Part shown: positions 57,064-60,260 of the stretch, one piece after another
Layout: every line of letters starts with the position of its first letter
Numbering within the stretch: the first letter of the stretch is position 1
Source: Trichoplax sp. H2
Lineage: Eukaryota
Direction: 5' to 3'
Length of the DNA stretch: 60,260 nt
NCBI GenBank assembly: GCA_003344405.1
Contig: NOWV01000295.1
Coordinates: forward strand, 1-60,260
The notes under the pieces: generated by a model
Database searches by the model: none
Told to the model about the DNA's origin: nothing
Seen by the model: the letters and a program-made list of their open reading frames with translations, nothing else
Made by a program: the position numbers and the translations under genes

Positions 57064-57430
57064 TCTAAGCACAAAATGATCCTTATTTTTTAAAGGGTTA
57101 TATTGTCAGAGGAAATAGTTCTTGCATTAACTTAATACAATATAAATAGTACCATAGCATGGTCTTACAAGATCCAGACCCAAAATGAAATAAATATTTA
57201 TGGCAATTTTAACAGCAAGATGCTATCCAAGACTGTTTTGGTACTTCCAAAGTGAATTTAATCTGTCCGTCAGTATATTCATACTTTCTTATCCACTTAG
57301 TTACAGCTATAGAGAACAGCTTCCTCGACTGTACTGTTAATTAACATAGCTAATAGCTACCAGTACTATATAAAGTGTCAGCTTTAAACACCGCTACTAC
57401 ATTCGGTAGTCGCTAGCGGTAGTTAGAGTA
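57064..57430 (+). mobile_element. ~365-bp insertion specific to copy 2 with a 5' TC and a subterminal hairpin (weakly Helitron-like)
   Basis: Absent at the paralogous site 39109-39118 (ctaa|tttaaag). Hairpin accgcta-ctac...gtag-tagcggt at 57390-57420, 10 nt from the end. No CTRR terminus. Confidence 0.3.
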
Positions 57431-58363
57431 TTAAAGAAGTCAATAGTCAAGATAGCGCTGATTGAGAGATTAGACAAAACATAGACAAAAACTGTACATT
57501 GGAGTGTTGGGATATCTATAGTTAAGGGCGCGGTACTACATTATAACCGACTTGAAATAATAATAATGGCCTAAGAAAAATTTACACGTACATTAAAATG
57601 TAATGAATTAATTGTCCCTATTTCATTCAACTGTTGACAGCATAATTGATGCTATCTAGTACTCGAATATGCGCGTATTTCTACATACTGTATTCGCATA
57701 TAAATTCGCCTAAAAGCATAATTGCATGACTCTCTAGTGCCAGAGAAGAAGAAGGAAAATTACCGATACTGTGAAGTCATTGTAGTCCAGATAGATGTAT
57801 GCATAGTGAGTCAGTTAATTTTTCTTTGAATAAGAAAGGTTACGAAAAGAACTGCAATTATATCACGAAGCATTCAGTATGTTATAATGTGATAAATACA
57901 TAAAAATTTAACAATATCCCCACATAATATATGATCTACAGCTTAAAAGAATAATTTTAGTAATCGTACAGTAGGACTAGTTTCGATTTCTGTCATTATA
58001 ATATACGGATAGTAAGGCTGTCACAAAGTCTTTATATATTCTACCACTCTTAAACCTTACAAAATAGCATAATCAGTATAATTTTTCTAATATTTATCGT
58101 CATTACTAGTACATGCATATTTCGATAGAAGAGATCTCTTTCTAATTACTTTTAAAACTCAGATCGTCAGAGTCGTTGACTAACTCTACCATCTTGAGCA
58201 ATACTATTTATATATAATTAAAGCTAAGGTATCATAAGTTATAGATGTCGTTCCCTTGCAGTAGTTTTTTGCATCAATTAACAACGTATGCATCTTTTCT
58301 GTCACCTATAGCCCAATAAAACACATCGACTTTGGCGTTGGACTCTAAACTCATCGCTCCATC

Positions 58364-60085
58364 ATGATTTGGCGTGGATCGCTTATAACTGTAGTGTTTT
58401 GCCTTCTCTTACCTGGCTACTACGCACAAGGTATACATAGCGATGTTTCATATACTATTATACACTAATATACAGTATACGCGTATATCTAATTGCTTTA
58501 AGTTTTCTGTATATCAATGCATATTTAGTAATAATATTAATCATTGTTATTTCAAAATTGTTACGGTAAGAGAAAGATATTACTTTTAAACAAATTACAT
58601 GATGTGAAGATAAAGTATCGTAAGAACTTATCTATATCACAATCAATGATTACAATAATAGTTTTAGAACACTGTGGAAAAAAATTTATATATCTATAAA
58701 CCATATTAATCAAAATAGATATTATGAATACGTTCCAAAAATATTTACTACGATAATGTTAATTTCGTCTTCAAATTCGATGTTTTACAGACTATTACGA
58801 ATTTACCACACATCCAAGCAATGTCTACCTTGCAGGAAGCGTATCTCAAGTCGTGATGTCTTGCAGAGCCGCACCTGTAACAGGCTTAACTTGGACTTAT
58901 CAATGGCGACTAAATAATGATTATCTTTCTGCCCAACGAGGCAATGCTAGATTCACCGGATTTAACAGTAATGAGCTTACAATAGGATCCGCTACTAGCG
59001 ATATTTACGATACCACTCTTTTCGGTAATAGTAATAATTTCACATGTGTGGCAACCAATAGTAAAGGACGTATGACGTCAAGAATCGCAAATATTTTACG
59101 TGTTGGTAAGTTACACCCATAGAAATAACGTTTAACTCTTATATAACTTATATACCATACGGTACTCGTATTTAAAACGCTATCATAAGGAATTAACAAT
59201 AATATTTCCGAATTTATTATATACCGTACTAAAATATCAGATATTTTCAGGTAAACCATTCTTTCAAGGAAACAGTAAATTAAACAAAGATGCTACCTTA
59301 TAGCGGGTCAAGCTACAAGTATCAAATGCGGTGACACAAAATTTCCGGAAATTCCTACTACCATGTTGTGGCATTACACGAAAAATGAATTACGTCTTAA
59401 TCCATCATCCGATGGAAGAATTGCGATCGCCTTAGATGGCACTCTATATTTCGCTAACTTACTTGTTTCTGATGCAACGCGTTATCGTTGTGGTGTAAGG
59501 CCTACTCAGCCAGACACAAGTACAAATATATTTTTTTCAGGAAACACAACATTAACTATACAGCCAAGAGGTTAGTCTAAAATAAATCAAGTTACACCTC
59601 GAACAGCGACTACATCTTTTAAAATTTCTTTAGTACTTCGATGTTCTAATTACTATCAATGTAGTAGCAATAATTGTCAAATATTACAATTTATACATAA
59701 ATTATTCCAGACATACTAATATAATGTAGAATTTTAATTTCTAATAGTCATCAAACGTTGTACTTTTTTCAAATAATACATTTTTATTATTGTACTTGCA
59801 ATTAATATTTACTAATCTATAACTTGTAAATTTTAATCTATCCTTTTCGTAAATTTTTCATCACAGTTTGCACCGGTCAATTATGTGGTAAGTACACAAA
59901 TAGTTCGATATGATATTGTGTATTACTTGTCTTTTATTATGAGCTTACTTCTAAAGCTAGGTAATATTAACTTACATACTGTATAATATCGTAACAGATT
60001 TTGGTCCAGAATTCCATAAAAGGTCCGGTAATGTGCAAGCAGTGATCGGTTCATCGATTACCTTAGAATGTATCCCCAAAGGAAG
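58364..60085 (+). CDS. Second L1-like paralogue, 5' part (signal peptide, Ig1, Ig2, hinge microexon, start of Ig3); frameshifted in the Ig2 exon, possibly a pseudogene
   Basis: Exons 58364-58430, 58791-59105, 59251-59570, 59867-59887, 59998-60085. A 1-nt deletion (gctaccttatagcg vs gctacctttttagcg) gives TAG at 59301-59303. Confidence 0.8.
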
Positions 60086-60260
60086 GTATCTATTGATAAT
60101 ACGGAAATCAAAGATGTATAGCTGGGTTACTCGCTCAATCATGAGGCCTATTATGAAATGTAGTAGTTTTCCTTTACATAACATTTAACAGTTATTAAAT
60201 TACAGTGTAAACTTATTCATTACGTCGTATCTAAACTCAAGAATTTCAATTTACTATTTC

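Larger units (their letters stand above)
51528..60260 (+). repeat. Tandem segmental duplication, copy 2 (runs off window end)
   Basis: Homologous to 33575-41952. Confidence 0.97.

Overview
Eukaryotic, AT-rich, intron-dense animal DNA. Compact genes, short introns and gene content suggest an early-branching animal such as the placozoan Trichoplax (inferred, not proven). Gene order: (1) a minus-strand coiled-coil gene with an exon of >1130 codons running off the left edge, containing expanding 37-aa repeats and a putative multi-exon leader whose introns hold several different tandem-repeat families; (2) a compact RPEL-motif RhoGAP (ARHGAP9/12/15/27 family); (3) BBS5 (16 exons); (4) ORMDL (minus strand) with a tandemly duplicated promoter/start region; (5) ARPC2; (6) an assembly gap with overlapping flanks, then a GC-rich multi-hairpin island; (7) a complete L1CAM/neuroglian-type adhesion gene (signal peptide, 6 Ig, 4 FN3, TM, FIGEY ankyrin motif, PDZ tail); (8) the 5' part of a tandem paralogue about 18 kb downstream. 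Most notable: the Ig1-Ig2 exons of the two L1-like copies differ more than their flanking introns, mostly by amino-acid changes, which fits a diversifying recognition-receptor pair, and copy 2 carries a frameshift that a cryptic acceptor could bypass. All gene models were built by eye from GT/GC-AG signals and recalled protein-family similarity; no searches were run.
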